A stretch of DNA of 64,000 nucleotides from a virus. Location: IMG/VR virus record IMGVR_UViG_3300023179_000038, positions 32,001-96,000 of that record; one strand, 5' to 3'. A model generated the notes under the pieces. The model did not search any database. It was not told the DNA's origin and saw only the letters and a program-made list of their open reading frames with translations. The position numbers and the translations under genes were made by a program. Below, one piece after another: positions 9,094 to 19,631 of the stretch; the first letter of the stretch is position 1, and the number at the start of each line of letters is the position of its first letter.

Positions 9094-10099
9094 AACTTAA
9101 TCTATCTTTTAATTTATTTTGTAATTCTATGTCTTCTTTTATTTTATTTATAATTCCATCTCTTCCTTGTACCTTTGTACCGTCATCTAATTGATACCAT
9201 GCACCAGTTCTATTAAGAAGACCACTTGCTTCTGCGGTATCAACTAGATCGCCTATTACATCAACACCAAGATCATCACCCCTAAAATAAAAATCATACT
9301 CACCAGATTGGAAGCCTGGAGAAGTTTTTGAAAACTGTAATTCCCATCTAACTTTTCTGCCAATTTTTTCTTCAATTAATTTGTCTCCTACTTTAATTTT
9401 TCCTTTAATTGCTTGATTGTCTGATTCAGAAGAAAACAATTTTATAACACAAGATGAATAAAATTTTGTTGCTTGACCGCCAGATGGTTGCTGACTAGTG
9501 TACATTGCATTAATGTTATTTCTTGATTGTGAAATTAACACTAAGAGAGTTGGTTTTACTTTATTGTTTGCATAATTTAGCATTTTCCAAGCATTACTAA
9601 AGTCACGAGATTCTGCTCCAATTTGTTTTGTATTTTCTAGAGCCTTCATTTCATCTGTATCTTTTTCAAAATAAATTGCTGGTAGCATTGATGTAATAGA
9701 GTCAACTACAATTAAATCAACTCCAGCATTCATTAATCCAACACCAACATCAACCATATCGCTAATAGTTCTTGCCTGTGAGTAAATAAGTTTTTCTGGA
9801 TCTACCCCTAACTGTCTTGCCCAGTCTTCAGAATAAGACATTTCTGAGTCAATCCAAGCACAAATTTTTCCTTTCGCCTGTGCAAGTGCAATCATCTGAA
9901 GACACATTGATGACTTTGCAGAAGATTTGCTTCCCCAAATAAGAACTTGCCGACCATATGGAAGTCCACCACCAAGCGCTTTATTAAGACCAAAACTTGG
10001 CGTTGGCTGATATTCAAAATTTACACCAACCCCACTGCCCAAACGTTTTCTTAATTTTGGATCTAATTGTGCTAATACATCCTCTATGCTAACCGACAT
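9086..10099 (-). CDS. recA: RecA-like recombinase
   Basis: ALGGGLPYGR, P-loop GSKSSAKS, WIDSE, VVDSI, GGQATKFYSS, RTGAWY. Confidence 0.93.
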   Translation of the reverse strand: MSVSIEDVLAQLDPKLRKRLGSGVGVNFEYQPTPSFGLNKALGGGLPYGRQVLIWGSKSSAKSSMCLQMIALAQAKGKICAWIDSEMSYSEDWARQLGVDPEKLIYSQARTISDMVDVGVGLMNAGVDLIVVDSITSMLPAIYFEKDTDEMKALENTKQIGAESRDFSNAWKMLNYANNKVKPTLLVLISQSRNNINAMYTSQQPSGGQATKFYSSCVIKLFSSESDNQAIKGKIKVGDKLIEEKIGRKVRWELQFSKTSPGFQSGEYDFYFRGDDLGVDVIGDLVDTAEASGLLNRTGAWYQLDDGTKVQGRDGIINKIKEDIELQNKLKDRLSCV

Positions 10100-13000
10100 T
10101 AATATCCTCCAGAATTATTGTTCCATCTTTTGTTTTACCAAAAGAAAATCTATAAGAATTTCCTTCTTGTACATGCATGTATGCTTTAGGAAATGATGTT
10201 GGAAATACAGTGACTGAGTGTAACTCTCTTGATGTATCTGCCAAAGTTAATGATGCCATTTTTTTCCCAGTCTTTGTAATCCTTGGTTTAAAAGAAACTA
10301 CAAACATTTCGTCTTCTTTATACGGCAATTGTTTATAACTTAAAAATTTAACCAATGCATTTGAAGATCCTTTTATTTCGTCCACAGGAATTGCAGAAAC
10401 AATCCTATTATCATTACAAAGAACCAAATAAGTGCGACCCGTCTCAATAGTGGTGTTTTCATCATCAAATATGCCCACAGACCCAGTTTTGTCCAAAATT
10501 TCAACTCTTGACCATCCTTTTCCTCTTTTAATTGACTTTATCATTCCCATTAAAATAAAAGATCCCTTTTCTTCAAAATCACAAACATCCTGAATAAAGG
10601 CATAATAGTGTGATGGAATCGTTATGTTAAATTCTGGAAGATTTAAATATTCATAAATATTTTGCTTAATCTCTTCATCGTTTCTCGGATTGTCTGGAAA
10701 AGTTGCTGCGCCAATTAAACGCATTGCTGCTAGTGCACGACTATTAACGCCACTACCCTTTGTAAATGTAAACTCTTCAAGTTCTTTATAAGATTTAAAT
10801 GGTCTTGCTTGTATATATTTACTTGCAATGTTATTTGATATATATTTTATATTGGTTAATCCAAACCTAATTCCTTTTCCTTCAATTTTAAAATCTAAAT
10901 CAGAATCATTAATGTGTGGAAGTTTAATAGATATACCCATACGTTTTGCTTCAATTAGATATTCTGTACGACCATCTTTATCTTTTTCATTTTTGAGAAG
11001 AGCAAACATAAATTCAAGTGGGTAATAATATTTTAGCCACGCCGTCCAATACGAGAGAGTAGAGTAAGCAACTGCGTGGCTCTTGTTAAACGAGTACCCC
11101 GCATGTGCTTCGAAATCATGCCATAGATCACGAGCCTGATTAGGAGTAATATAGGCAGAAGCACCAGCAATAAAACGTTCTTTATAAATGTCAAACTCTT
11201 TTGCATCTTTTTTCTTTCCAATAATTTTACGAACTTTGTCAGCATCAGACATTGACATTCCGCCTAAATGAACGCAAGCCTGCATAACCTGTTCTTGATA
11301 TAGGATACATCCATATGTATCATCGGTAAATTCTTTTAGGACTTGATGAATGTATGACACATTTTGTTTACCATGTTTACGAGCAATATAATCCTTACCA
11401 ATAGTATTCATGGCTCCTGGACGAACCAAAGCGTTAGAGGCTGCCAGTTCATCAAAATTCTTTACGCCCATTTTAACTAAAAGGTTTGTATATGGCGTTG
11501 CTTCACATTGAAATACACCCTTTGTATATCCATCGGAAAGCATTTCATAAACTTTTGAATCTTTCATATCAAGTGACAATAAGTCAATGTCTTTATAGTG
11601 ATTTTCTTTTATCATGGCAATTGTATCCTGGATTACACTTAAAGTTTTTAAACCAAGAGCATCAATTTTAATAAGACCAATTTTTTCAGCCTCTTCCATA
11701 TTAACTCCAACAACTGGGATCCTTTCGTCTGATCCAGGAGAAGATCGAGTTTCTAATGGAGCGTATTTAAATATTGGATTTTTACTAGTTACAACTCCAG
11801 CAGCATGAATACCAGTTCCCCTAATACGACCACGAAGTTGTTCTCCGTAAACTTCTACTTCTGGATATTTCTCTCTAAACCACTCTGTTGTTTTTGATCT
11901 ACAAAACTCATCCCAAGTATCAACTAATTTCAAAACCTTATTAACATCTGTTAATGGAATATCTAATATTCTTGCAACATCTCTTACAACACCCTTATCC
12001 TTAAACTCTAAAAAAGTTGCAATAGAAGCAACATGCCTATACTGCCTAACTAAATAATCCTTTACTTCATCACGACGTGTGTCTTGAATATCTGTATCAA
12101 TGTCAGGAAAATCATTGCGTTCTGGATTAATAAAACGGAAAAATAATAAACCATGCTCAATTGGATCAATAGTAGTAATTCCAAGTAGGTAACAAACTAA
12201 AGAGCCAGCAGATGATCCACGACCTGGACCTACAAGAATTCCTTCTTTCTTTGCCCAGTTAATCATATTGCTCACTACAAGGAAATATGGTGAAAATTTT
12301 TTGTTACGAATAACCTCTAACTCTTCATCAAGCCTTTGCTCATATATATCATTGCCAAGCCAATTACTATTAAGTCTATATTTTTCAAGACCTGCAAATG
12401 CTAGGCTTGCTAACTCTTGATCTGGATTTTTATATTGAACTGGAAGAAGGTTTAGTCCATCTTGAATGTTGTAATCTTCTACCGTATCTGCTAATAACAA
12501 TGTGTTTGAGTATATATCTTCTCTATCAATACCCTGTTTTTGCATATCGGATTTTATTTCTTCATAAGAAAGCAAATGAATATTAAATTTATTAAATGTA
12601 ATATCACGATCAACACCATAAAGATAATCAAGTCTTTCCATCATATCTTTTTTCTTTTTAGACTTTTCATATGATGACTCTTTATTAATTTTTGCATGTG
12701 TATTTAAAAGCAGTTTAAATTCTTGGATTTCTTTTTGAGAAGTATCTGAGTGGTGACAGTCTGGGGTTACTATGGCCTTTATTTTAAATTCATCTGCAAG
12801 TTCAAGCAAATAATTATTTATTTCTGCAGTATTGTGTGGCATTACTTCAATATAATAATCACTGCCAAAATTATCTTTAAACCATTTAATATATTTTTTA
12901 GCAATAGCAAACTCTTGCTCTTCTAATGCTTTAACTAAAACGCTACTTGGACATGCAGATGTTACTATAATTCCTTCTTTATATTTTTCTAATATTGCAA

Positions 13001-13376
13001 AATCAAATCTTGGCTTTTTAAAGAATCCATCAGTCCATGAAATTTCACTAATTTTATTTAAATTTTCCAAACCTTTTTGATTCTTGGCTAGAAGGATAAT
13101 ATGATTATAAACAAGATCTTGTTGACCTTCTCTTTCAGACTTATCTCTTTTATCAGATATGTCTGCACACATATATCCCTCTAGGCCTAGAATTGGCTTT
13201 ACACCTTTTGCTTTTGCAATGCGGTACAGTTCCCGATGCCCAGATAATGTTCCGTGATCCGTGATAGCCAATGCTGGCATACCAAGTTCAACTGCTCGGT
13301 CTATATATTCTTCTGGAGTAGCAACACCATCAAACAATGAGTAGTGAGTGTGTACGTGTAAGCCTACGTAACTCAT
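10089..13376 (-). CDS. dnaE: DNA polymerase III alpha subunit with PHP domain
   Basis: HVHTHYS, ITDHG, GPGRGSSAGSL, FPDIDTD, KIDALGL, YSFNKSH. Confidence 0.96.
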   Translation of the reverse strand: MSYVGLHVHTHYSLFDGVATPEEYIDRAVELGMPALAITDHGTLSGHRELYRIAKAKGVKPILGLEGYMCADISDKRDKSEREGQQDLVYNHIILLAKNQKGLENLNKISEISWTDGFFKKPRFDFAILEKYKEGIIVTSACPSSVLVKALEEQEFAIAKKYIKWFKDNFGSDYYIEVMPHNTAEINNYLLELADEFKIKAIVTPDCHHSDTSQKEIQEFKLLLNTHAKINKESSYEKSKKKKDMMERLDYLYGVDRDITFNKFNIHLLSYEEIKSDMQKQGIDREDIYSNTLLLADTVEDYNIQDGLNLLPVQYKNPDQELASLAFAGLEKYRLNSNWLGNDIYEQRLDEELEVIRNKKFSPYFLVVSNMINWAKKEGILVGPGRGSSAGSLVCYLLGITTIDPIEHGLLFFRFINPERNDFPDIDTDIQDTRRDEVKDYLVRQYRHVASIATFLEFKDKGVVRDVARILDIPLTDVNKVLKLVDTWDEFCRSKTTEWFREKYPEVEVYGEQLRGRIRGTGIHAAGVVTSKNPIFKYAPLETRSSPGSDERIPVVGVNMEEAEKIGLIKIDALGLKTLSVIQDTIAMIKENHYKDIDLLSLDMKDSKVYEMLSDGYTKGVFQCEATPYTNLLVKMGVKNFDELAASNALVRPGAMNTIGKDYIARKHGKQNVSYIHQVLKEFTDDTYGCILYQEQVMQACVHLGGMSMSDADKVRKIIGKKKDAKEFDIYKERFIAGASAYITPNQARDLWHDFEAHAGYSFNKSHAVAYSTLSYWTAWLKYYYPLEFMFALLKNEKDKDGRTEYLIEAKRMGISIKLPHINDSDLDFKIEGKGIRFGLTNIKYISNNIASKYIQARPFKSYKELEEFTFTKGSGVNSRALAAMRLIGAATFPDNPRNDEEIKQNIYEYLNLPEFNITIPSHYYAFIQDVCDFEEKGSFILMGMIKSIKRGKGWSRVEILDKTGSVGIFDDENTTIETGRTYLVLCNDNRIVSAIPVDEIKGSSNALVKFLSYKQLPYKEDEMFVVSFKPRITKTGKKMASLTLADTSRELHSVTVFPTSFPKAYMHVQEGNSYRFSFGKTKDGTIILEDINVG

Positions 13377-13377
13377 C

Positions 13378-14034
13378 TTACCAATCTGCGTTGGTTGATG
13401 AAGTTATAGATGGAGTATCAAACCCCAAATAGAATGCCTCTTGTTCAGCATAAGGTATTTTCTTTAATGCTAACTCGAGTGGATAAGGTTTAATTTCTGA
13501 CCAATTAAATGGTTCTGTGTCTGGTGCACCTGGAATGGTTGTATAACTTGTTTCAGTACCTTGGCCATTACGCTTTACCTTCCATACTACATTTGATATG
13601 CTACCAGTTTCAAGTGCATACTCACGAATTGTGTTAAATGCTGACTGCTTGCTTACACCCATTGACCAAATAGCCACATATGGTGCTTCAATGCCATCAT
13701 CAACTAGAACGTTGCAATAAAAACGAAGACGTGCTCGCCAGCCAGCCTTTGGATCTTTTCTATGCATTTCTTCTGCCCAGTCACGACCTTCTGATTCCAT
13801 TGTGTCTACAGCCTTGCGTCTGTAATCTTTTGGATTTGTATGCTCTTTTACAACTAGAGCAAGACCACGATCTGGATTATAATTTGCTGAGTCTTCGTCT
13901 AATTCTTCAATAAAACGAATTTTTGCAGACTGGCCATCAGCAAGTTTTAGCCATCTTACTTTTGGTGAATTTTCATCATATTTTGGTTTATCGAGCAGGG
14001 CATTTATATTTTTTAGTCCCTTTACTACGCTCAT
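13378..14034 (-). CDS. Single-stranded DNA-binding protein (gp32-like)
   Basis: WLKLADGQSAKIRF, KRNGQGTETSY, acidic/aromatic C-terminus; adjacent to dnaE. Confidence 0.7.
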   Translation of the reverse strand: MSVVKGLKNINALLDKPKYDENSPKVRWLKLADGQSAKIRFIEELDEDSANYNPDRGLALVVKEHTNPKDYRRKAVDTMESEGRDWAEEMHRKDPKAGWRARLRFYCNVLVDDGIEAPYVAIWSMGVSKQSAFNTIREYALETGSISNVVWKVKRNGQGTETSYTTIPGAPDTEPFNWSEIKPYPLELALKKIPYAEQEAFYLGFDTPSITSSTNADW

Positions 14035-15557
14035 ACTTTTTCTCCTTCGTTTATTATGTTATCTAGATATTTGTTTAAAGGAATTGATAAGTGTTTTTTG
14101 CTATCTATTTCTTTAACTATTTCAGTATATCGTACTTCTCCTTGTTTGTCAAGAAAACCTTTTATTTTATCTTTATTATAAAGTTCATTTCCAACATACA
14201 CAGTAATCCAATTTGACCAACTAAAAATTTTTCCTGGCGTATCAATGAAACTAGATAAAGAAATATCATTTACTCCTTCTTTTAATAACTTAGTTATTGT
14301 TTCTGGCATTTTATTGTTTATTGTAAAATTTTTCCAAAAATCTGTATTAGTTTTATTAGTTACATAATGTAAATATAAAAAGTCTAAAATATCTCTGTTT
14401 TTAGTTGACATTTTTTGATTATATTTTTGTACTATACTTAAATCTTTATTTATAAGATAAGTCTCAATGTCGTTGTCTAAAAATTTTTCAATTGCTCCTG
14501 TTGCATGAAGAATTGCAGTTCCTTCAAGAGGTTCAAAAAATCCTGCAGATAATCCAACAGCCAGGCAGTTTTTTATCCATGGATTAGAATAGTATCCAGA
14601 TTTAAACTTAAACTTGTTTACAATTTTTACATTTGAACCAAATTTTTTATTAATTTCTGCAATGGCTTGATCTTCTGATAAATATTTAGAATCATAAACA
14701 TATCCACAGCCCCATCGATGTTGTAATGGTGTCTTCCAATTCCAACCAAAATCCATTGCTATTGCTTCACTATATGGTTGTATTTTTTTCATATCCATAA
14801 AAAATGCTATTGCCGAATCGCAAGGAAGAGAATCTTGTGTATTTACCCACTCTGCATTGTAGTGCTTACCAATAAACATTCTTTTAAATCCAGTTGAATC
14901 AATTAAAAAATCACACAAGATAGTCTCTCCGTTAGCAATGACATACTCTATCTCATTATTTATATTTGTTGAAAATGAATCAACTACTGCATCAACTACC
15001 CTAATGCCACGCAAAACAGCATATTTGTTAAAAAACTGTACTAATTTTTTTGCATCAATATGCCAAGAATGAGCATCAGGAATAACATTACCATATTCGT
15101 TTATAACTGTTTGTAAATTAATTTTATCTAAGTTTGTATCTCTATCTATTGCATATGCAATGGTTGATGCAAAATCTTTCCTACTATCTATCTTAAACTG
15201 TTTATAATTATAATTTTCTAGAGTTTGTTTTGTCTTAGCCAAATGTTTAAAATATGATAGTGTCGATGTGTCTGTGTAATCACAGAATGGATGAAAATAT
15301 TTTTCTTTGTCTTTTCCCCAACCAACAAACATTAATCCATTTTTTACAGTTGCCCCAGTGTATTTAACAAACTCCTCAATTGGCAAATCAAGTTTTTTTA
15401 ATGTCTGGGCAAACACTGGAGTAGTTCCTTCTCCTGCTCCAAGAATACCAATTTTGCTGCTGTCAATAAGTGTGATATTCCATTCTGGATGTTTATGCTG
15501 AATCTGCAAAGCACTCATGTACCCTGCAGACCCACCACCGACAACAACTATTTTCAT
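14031..15557 (-). CDS. Flavin-dependent tryptophan halogenase-family protein
   Basis: GGGSAG FAD motif, GAGEGT, catalytic Lys in ATVKNG, WNWKTPL (WxWxIP-like), FFEPLEGT. Confidence 0.88.
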   Translation of the reverse strand: MKIVVVGGGSAGYMSALQIQHKHPEWNITLIDSSKIGILGAGEGTTPVFAQTLKKLDLPIEEFVKYTGATVKNGLMFVGWGKDKEKYFHPFCDYTDTSTLSYFKHLAKTKQTLENYNYKQFKIDSRKDFASTIAYAIDRDTNLDKINLQTVINEYGNVIPDAHSWHIDAKKLVQFFNKYAVLRGIRVVDAVVDSFSTNINNEIEYVIANGETILCDFLIDSTGFKRMFIGKHYNAEWVNTQDSLPCDSAIAFFMDMKKIQPYSEAIAMDFGWNWKTPLQHRWGCGYVYDSKYLSEDQAIAEINKKFGSNVKIVNKFKFKSGYYSNPWIKNCLAVGLSAGFFEPLEGTAILHATGAIEKFLDNDIETYLINKDLSIVQKYNQKMSTKNRDILDFLYLHYVTNKTNTDFWKNFTINNKMPETITKLLKEGVNDISLSSFIDTPGKIFSWSNWITVYVGNELYNKDKIKGFLDKQGEVRYTEIVKEIDSKKHLSIPLNKYLDNIINEGEKV

Positions 15558-16084
15558 TATTGATTAAAACCTCTTCTATCGTACCCAAATCTATTTATCA
15601 TCTCAGCGGACTCTGCCCATGTATCAGAATTTTCTTCTACTCCGTGACCTTCTACAATTCTGTTAAACATATTAAATGCTGCACAAACAACTATTGCTTC
15701 TTTTAACTGATATTCAGAAAATCCAGAATTTAGAACTGCTTCAACATGTGTGCTATTCAGGCTTGATGGCGCAATGGTCAAAATTTTTACATAATCTAAA
15801 ATACTCTTTAATTTATTTTCTTCATAGTTTCCACTGACTACATCTTCTAACTCTTTTTCGTCTGCACCAACTGAAATTGCAAACATTTTGTGCGATCCAG
15901 TACAAAACTTACATGAGTTTAATGATGATGTAAATGCTGCAATCAACTCTCTATCTTTTGGATCTAAATGTCCAGGCTCTCTTAGTATTTCCTGTGCAAA
16001 AGAAAGTAATGGCATAAACTTGTTTGGCTGTTGCATAAATACATCTGATATGGTTTGTCCGCTTGGAACTGATTGCAATAACAT
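15557..16084 (-). CDS. AhpD/carboxymuconolactone decarboxylase-family peroxidase-related protein
   Basis: RELIAAFTSSLNSCKFCTGSH (E...CxxC...H), FNMFNRIV. Confidence 0.85.
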   Translation of the reverse strand: MLLQSVPSGQTISDVFMQQPNKFMPLLSFAQEILREPGHLDPKDRELIAAFTSSLNSCKFCTGSHKMFAISVGADEKELEDVVSGNYEENKLKSILDYVKILTIAPSSLNSTHVEAVLNSGFSEYQLKEAIVVCAAFNMFNRIVEGHGVEENSDTWAESAEMINRFGYDRRGFNQ

Positions 16085-17032
16085 TTATTTTCCTATCATT
16101 AGTTGTATTGAATCTGAAAAGTTTGAACTTAGTTTAGCAATATCAGAATCGTCCATATCACCAATATCCTTGTACTTGCTATCCAGGTTTATTACAGAAA
16201 CTCTTGACCCAAGTTTTTCAATAATTTTTGTCTTCATATTTCCACCTGCCTCGTCGTTGTCTGCAATAACAATTATATCATTAAAGTATTTTTTTAATAA
16301 CTCTACCTGACTATTAGATACATTTGCCCCAAGAGTTGCAACCGCTATAAATCCTACTTGATCAAGTCTTATTGCATCAAATGACGACTCTACCACGTAT
16401 ACCCTATCTGCAGTCTTAACTCTATGCAGATTAAAAAGAGTTTTACTTTTTGGTAGTCCTGGCGTATTTTTAAATTGTTTTCCTTCAATAGACCTACCAA
16501 CAAATCCAATTGGCATGCCGTCTGGACTATGAACTGGTATAGTAATCATATCTTGTTTTTCAGAATATCCTATAATAAACTTATTTTTAGAATAATTATT
16601 TATTTTTCTATGAGAAAGATATTCATTTGCCCTTTTAGAAGAAATCAAATTATTATTTAATTTTTTAATTATTGAATCATCAAACTCAATAAATTCTGTT
16701 TTTGTTATTAATTTTTTATTTATATCTTTTTCAAAGTTGTTTTCTGTTTGTTTATTTTTAATAAATCTAATTGATTCAAAATATGTTTTTCCAGATACGT
16801 ACATTATTAATTCAATAATGTCTACAGTGTGATGACAGGAAAAACAAAAAAATCTACCAGTATTTTTATCTACTTCTCCAGCAGGAGTTCTATTATTAGA
16901 ATGAAATGGACAAAATATTATGTAATGAGAATCTACCTCAGACTCAATATTTATTCCTGAATCTGAGAGTACTCTTTCAATTTGTTCTTTTGAATAGGTA
17001 TCGGTTTTGATCCATCGACTCCTAGTATCCAC
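16085..17032 (-). CDS. dnaG: DNA primase (CHC2 zinc finger + TOPRIM)
   Basis: CPFH...CFSC, GFVGR, VVESSFDA, DNDEAG, KDIGD. Confidence 0.9.
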   Translation of the reverse strand: MDTRSRWIKTDTYSKEQIERVLSDSGINIESEVDSHYIIFCPFHSNNRTPAGEVDKNTGRFFCFSCHHTVDIIELIMYVSGKTYFESIRFIKNKQTENNFEKDINKKLITKTEFIEFDDSIIKKLNNNLISSKRANEYLSHRKINNYSKNKFIIGYSEKQDMITIPVHSPDGMPIGFVGRSIEGKQFKNTPGLPKSKTLFNLHRVKTADRVYVVESSFDAIRLDQVGFIAVATLGANVSNSQVELLKKYFNDIIVIADNDEAGGNMKTKIIEKLGSRVSVINLDSKYKDIGDMDDSDIAKLSSNFSDSIQLMIGK

Positions 17033-17277
17033 TCAGCGCTCTTCTTTCCTGTATATACTCCATAAACTGTTAAACAAAAATTAAATATTTGCTTTGATTC
17101 ATTATATTGTACTGTAAAATCTGGTTCAATGTCAAGTCTTGGAACATATCCAAAAGCCCTCATCTCTAAAATTAAAAATCTAATATATTCTTGTTTTAAT
17201 CTACTAATTGCAGATTCATCGTAAATAGAGCCATCTAGGCTGAATGACTTTATCTTTTTGTGATGATAAGTTTTCAC
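16951..17277 (-). CDS. Phage hypothetical protein
   Basis: GTG start 7 nt downstream of TATAAT; between helicase and primase. Confidence 0.6.
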   Translation of the reverse strand: MKTYHHKKIKSFSLDGSIYDESAISRLKQEYIRFLILEMRAFGYVPRLDIEPDFTVQYNESKQIFNFCLTVYGVYTGKKSAEWILGVDGSKPIPIQKNKLKEYSQIQE

Positions 17278-17300
17278 AAAACATATTATAACTAACTATA

Positions 17301-18521
17301 TTAATTTTCATAATCTTTGTATCTATAGTATCCTTTGTCAAAATCTACCTGCACTAAAAAGTCTCCCATAAAGCCGTTCCTGTTTTTTCTGAATACACAC
17401 TCAATAATATCACTATTGGTTGCACGACCCAAAGCCATAACCCAGTCAGCATCATATGCAATCTGTCTGGACCAAGCAGTTTGTCCAAGTGTTGGGGCAG
17501 TGCTTAGATCTTTTACATCATCAGGAGTTGCAGAAGAAATTGCAATTATAGGAACCTCTTCACTAATAGCCATCAGTTTAAGTTCTCTTGAAAGATTTTT
17601 CATTCTTACAGTTTCATTATCTGATTTTTGATTTGGAGCCATAAGTTGTAAATAATCAACAATCACAAAATCTGGTTTGTATTGATTTATTTTTCCACGA
17701 ATAACTGATGGACTTACTTCTCCACCACTATCATTTGAAATTATATGAAATTCTGGCTTTCCTGATAATTTATTTTTATGCCAATTTTTTAGCATGTCTA
17801 ATTCTATTTCGCCATTACTTAATTTTCTATGAGACCAAAGCCCCTCACCCATAATTGCAAATACACGATTACGAACTTCAGTTTCAGACATTTCAAGACT
17901 TATCACCATTGGGGTTTTACCCTGCTTCCAGGCTTGTACAGCAAAGTAAAGAGCCAGCCAAGATTTTCCAATACCTGGATATGCTAAAAACACTCCAAGT
18001 TGTCCTGCAGTTATTCCAGATGGGAGATAGTTGTCAAATCCTGGTAATCCAGTTTTAATACCAAATTGACCATTCATCTTTTGTTGTTTAATATTTTCAA
18101 AATATGCTATAGCAGATTCTAGATCTGTGGCATCAATATCACGAATTGCAGAAACATTTTTCTTTAATTCAGATGTCTTTGTAATTAATGAAGTTAATGC
18201 GTTAGCACTATTTCCTAACTGAACTTCACTTGCTGCAGATCGCAAAATATTCTTTAAACTATCATTTAAATATTCTGATTGTAATTCTTGAAGGTGATGC
18301 TTTGTTGCCCCAACTTCATCTATTAAGATAAAGTCTTTAAATTTTTCTGAAACTAAGGATGGTGGAGGAACAGATCCGTTATTATTAAAATATAAATTGA
18401 TAAAATTCCATATATCGTTATGAGTGTGAAGCATGCTCTCTATATTAGATTGCAACAAAACGCCAATTTGTTTATCTTTTAATACCGCCGAAATTAATCT
18501 TGCCTCTACGTTATTCATCAA
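17301..18521 (-). CDS. dnaB: DnaB-like replicative helicase
   Basis: TGLPGFD, AYPGIGKS, SLEMS, IVDYLQL, LSRELK, YDAD, KNRNG. Confidence 0.93.
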   Translation of the reverse strand: MMNNVEARLISAVLKDKQIGVLLQSNIESMLHTHNDIWNFINLYFNNNGSVPPPSLVSEKFKDFILIDEVGATKHHLQELQSEYLNDSLKNILRSAASEVQLGNSANALTSLITKTSELKKNVSAIRDIDATDLESAIAYFENIKQQKMNGQFGIKTGLPGFDNYLPSGITAGQLGVFLAYPGIGKSWLALYFAVQAWKQGKTPMVISLEMSETEVRNRVFAIMGEGLWSHRKLSNGEIELDMLKNWHKNKLSGKPEFHIISNDSGGEVSPSVIRGKINQYKPDFVIVDYLQLMAPNQKSDNETVRMKNLSRELKLMAISEEVPIIAISSATPDDVKDLSTAPTLGQTAWSRQIAYDADWVMALGRATNSDIIECVFRKNRNGFMGDFLVQVDFDKGYYRYKDYEN

Positions 18522-18819
18522 TCCACTTCTTTGCTAGTTTTCTACGTTGTAGTCTTTCTTCAATATCCTGCTCTACTTCTATTTTTGCCTGAAATATTCT
18601 CTCTGTATTGTATGAAAAGTAATTCCAAGATGGGTTGCTAGAAACAGAAAAATAATAATCAAGTAAGTCATAACAAGTTTCCAATCCATAAGATTCAATT
18701 ATAGCATCTGAAGACCACTGCTCTGCATTAATATTAAATAAATTTTTAGTATTATATCTTTGAAAATGAAGTTTATTATAACGACTAAGCAAAGACATTC
18801 TATCCTTGCGGGTAGCCAT
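18511..18819 (-). CDS. Hypothetical protein (possible helicase partner)
   Basis: Coupled ORF directly upstream of dnaB. Confidence 0.55.
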   Translation of the reverse strand: MATRKDRMSLLSRYNKLHFQRYNTKNLFNINAEQWSSDAIIESYGLETCYDLLDYYFSVSSNPSWNYFSYNTERIFQAKIEVEQDIEERLQRRKLAKKWIDE

Positions 18820-19031
18820 TATTTTTCTTCTATCTCATACTTTGCTTCTTGAATTTTAGTTGTTAACTTATCTTCAACAAACTTATAAACTCGTTCAAAA
18901 GCCTGATCAATGTTTTCTCCATTACGTCTAGAGTCAACAATCCCTAAATCAATTCTTAATGATTGAAAGTTTCCTAAATTAAGCGTATATCCCAATGTTA
19001 TATTAATTTTTGTATTTTCATTTTCTGTCAT
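18819..19031 (-). CDS. Phage hypothetical protein
   Basis: LGYTLNLGNFQSLRID; start at MTENE after GGAGG. Confidence 0.6.
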   Translation of the reverse strand: MTENENTKINITLGYTLNLGNFQSLRIDLGIVDSRRNGENIDQAFERVYKFVEDKLTTKIQEAKYEIEEK

Positions 19032-19047
19032 TTTATCCTCCACTAAT

Positions 19048-19076
19048 AGAATATCATTATTCATGATATATGTCAA
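19048..19076 (-). promoter_or_regulatory. Sigma70/SigA-type promoter for the replication operon
   Basis: TTGACA-17 nt-TATTCT with TG extension. Confidence 0.7.
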
Positions 19077-19088
19077 ACATTTTTATAA

Positions 19089-19631
19089 TTATAAACTTTC
19101 TGCCCAAATTGGTATAAACCTTCCATCTTCCGTTTTTGTATATGTAATCATACCATCCCCCATTCTTCTTGTCAACTCAGCCCTACTTGGAGTTATATCG
19201 TTAGTAATTAATTTATCGGCTCTTGGACGACCAATATGATACGTTGCTAAGATATCTCTAATTTCAAATACTTGTGATTCAGAATAATACGACCTAACCT
19301 GCCAGCCAGTTTTTCCCCCAACCTGAGAGCCAGTTGGAAATGGAATTATTCTTCGTTTCATAAGGGATGGCATATACTTTTTGTGTCGATTTATCAAATC
19401 AGCAGTTTGTCCCACAGTGTATGCTCTTTCTCTATTTCTTTTAAAATCTGAAATAAGACAACTTTCAATTCTATCCTTATTAATATTATAAAGAGAAATA
19501 ATATTATTTGATCTATTTATATGATGTATCCTAACCAAATCTTTATTTAAAAACCAAACTTTTTTATTTCCAGGAATTACAGGTAGGACATTGTAATCTT
19601 CGCTCGAAACTTTTCCTTTTCTAGTAGCCAT
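19089..19631 (-). CDS. MerR-like HTH DNA-binding protein
   Basis: AYTVGQTADLINRH...RSYYSESQV. Confidence 0.6.
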   Translation of the reverse strand: MATRKGKVSSEDYNVLPVIPGNKKVWFLNKDLVRIHHINRSNNIISLYNINKDRIESCLISDFKRNRERAYTVGQTADLINRHKKYMPSLMKRRIIPFPTGSQVGGKTGWQVRSYYSESQVFEIRDILATYHIGRPRADKLITNDITPSRAELTRRMGDGMITYTKTEDGRFIPIWAESL

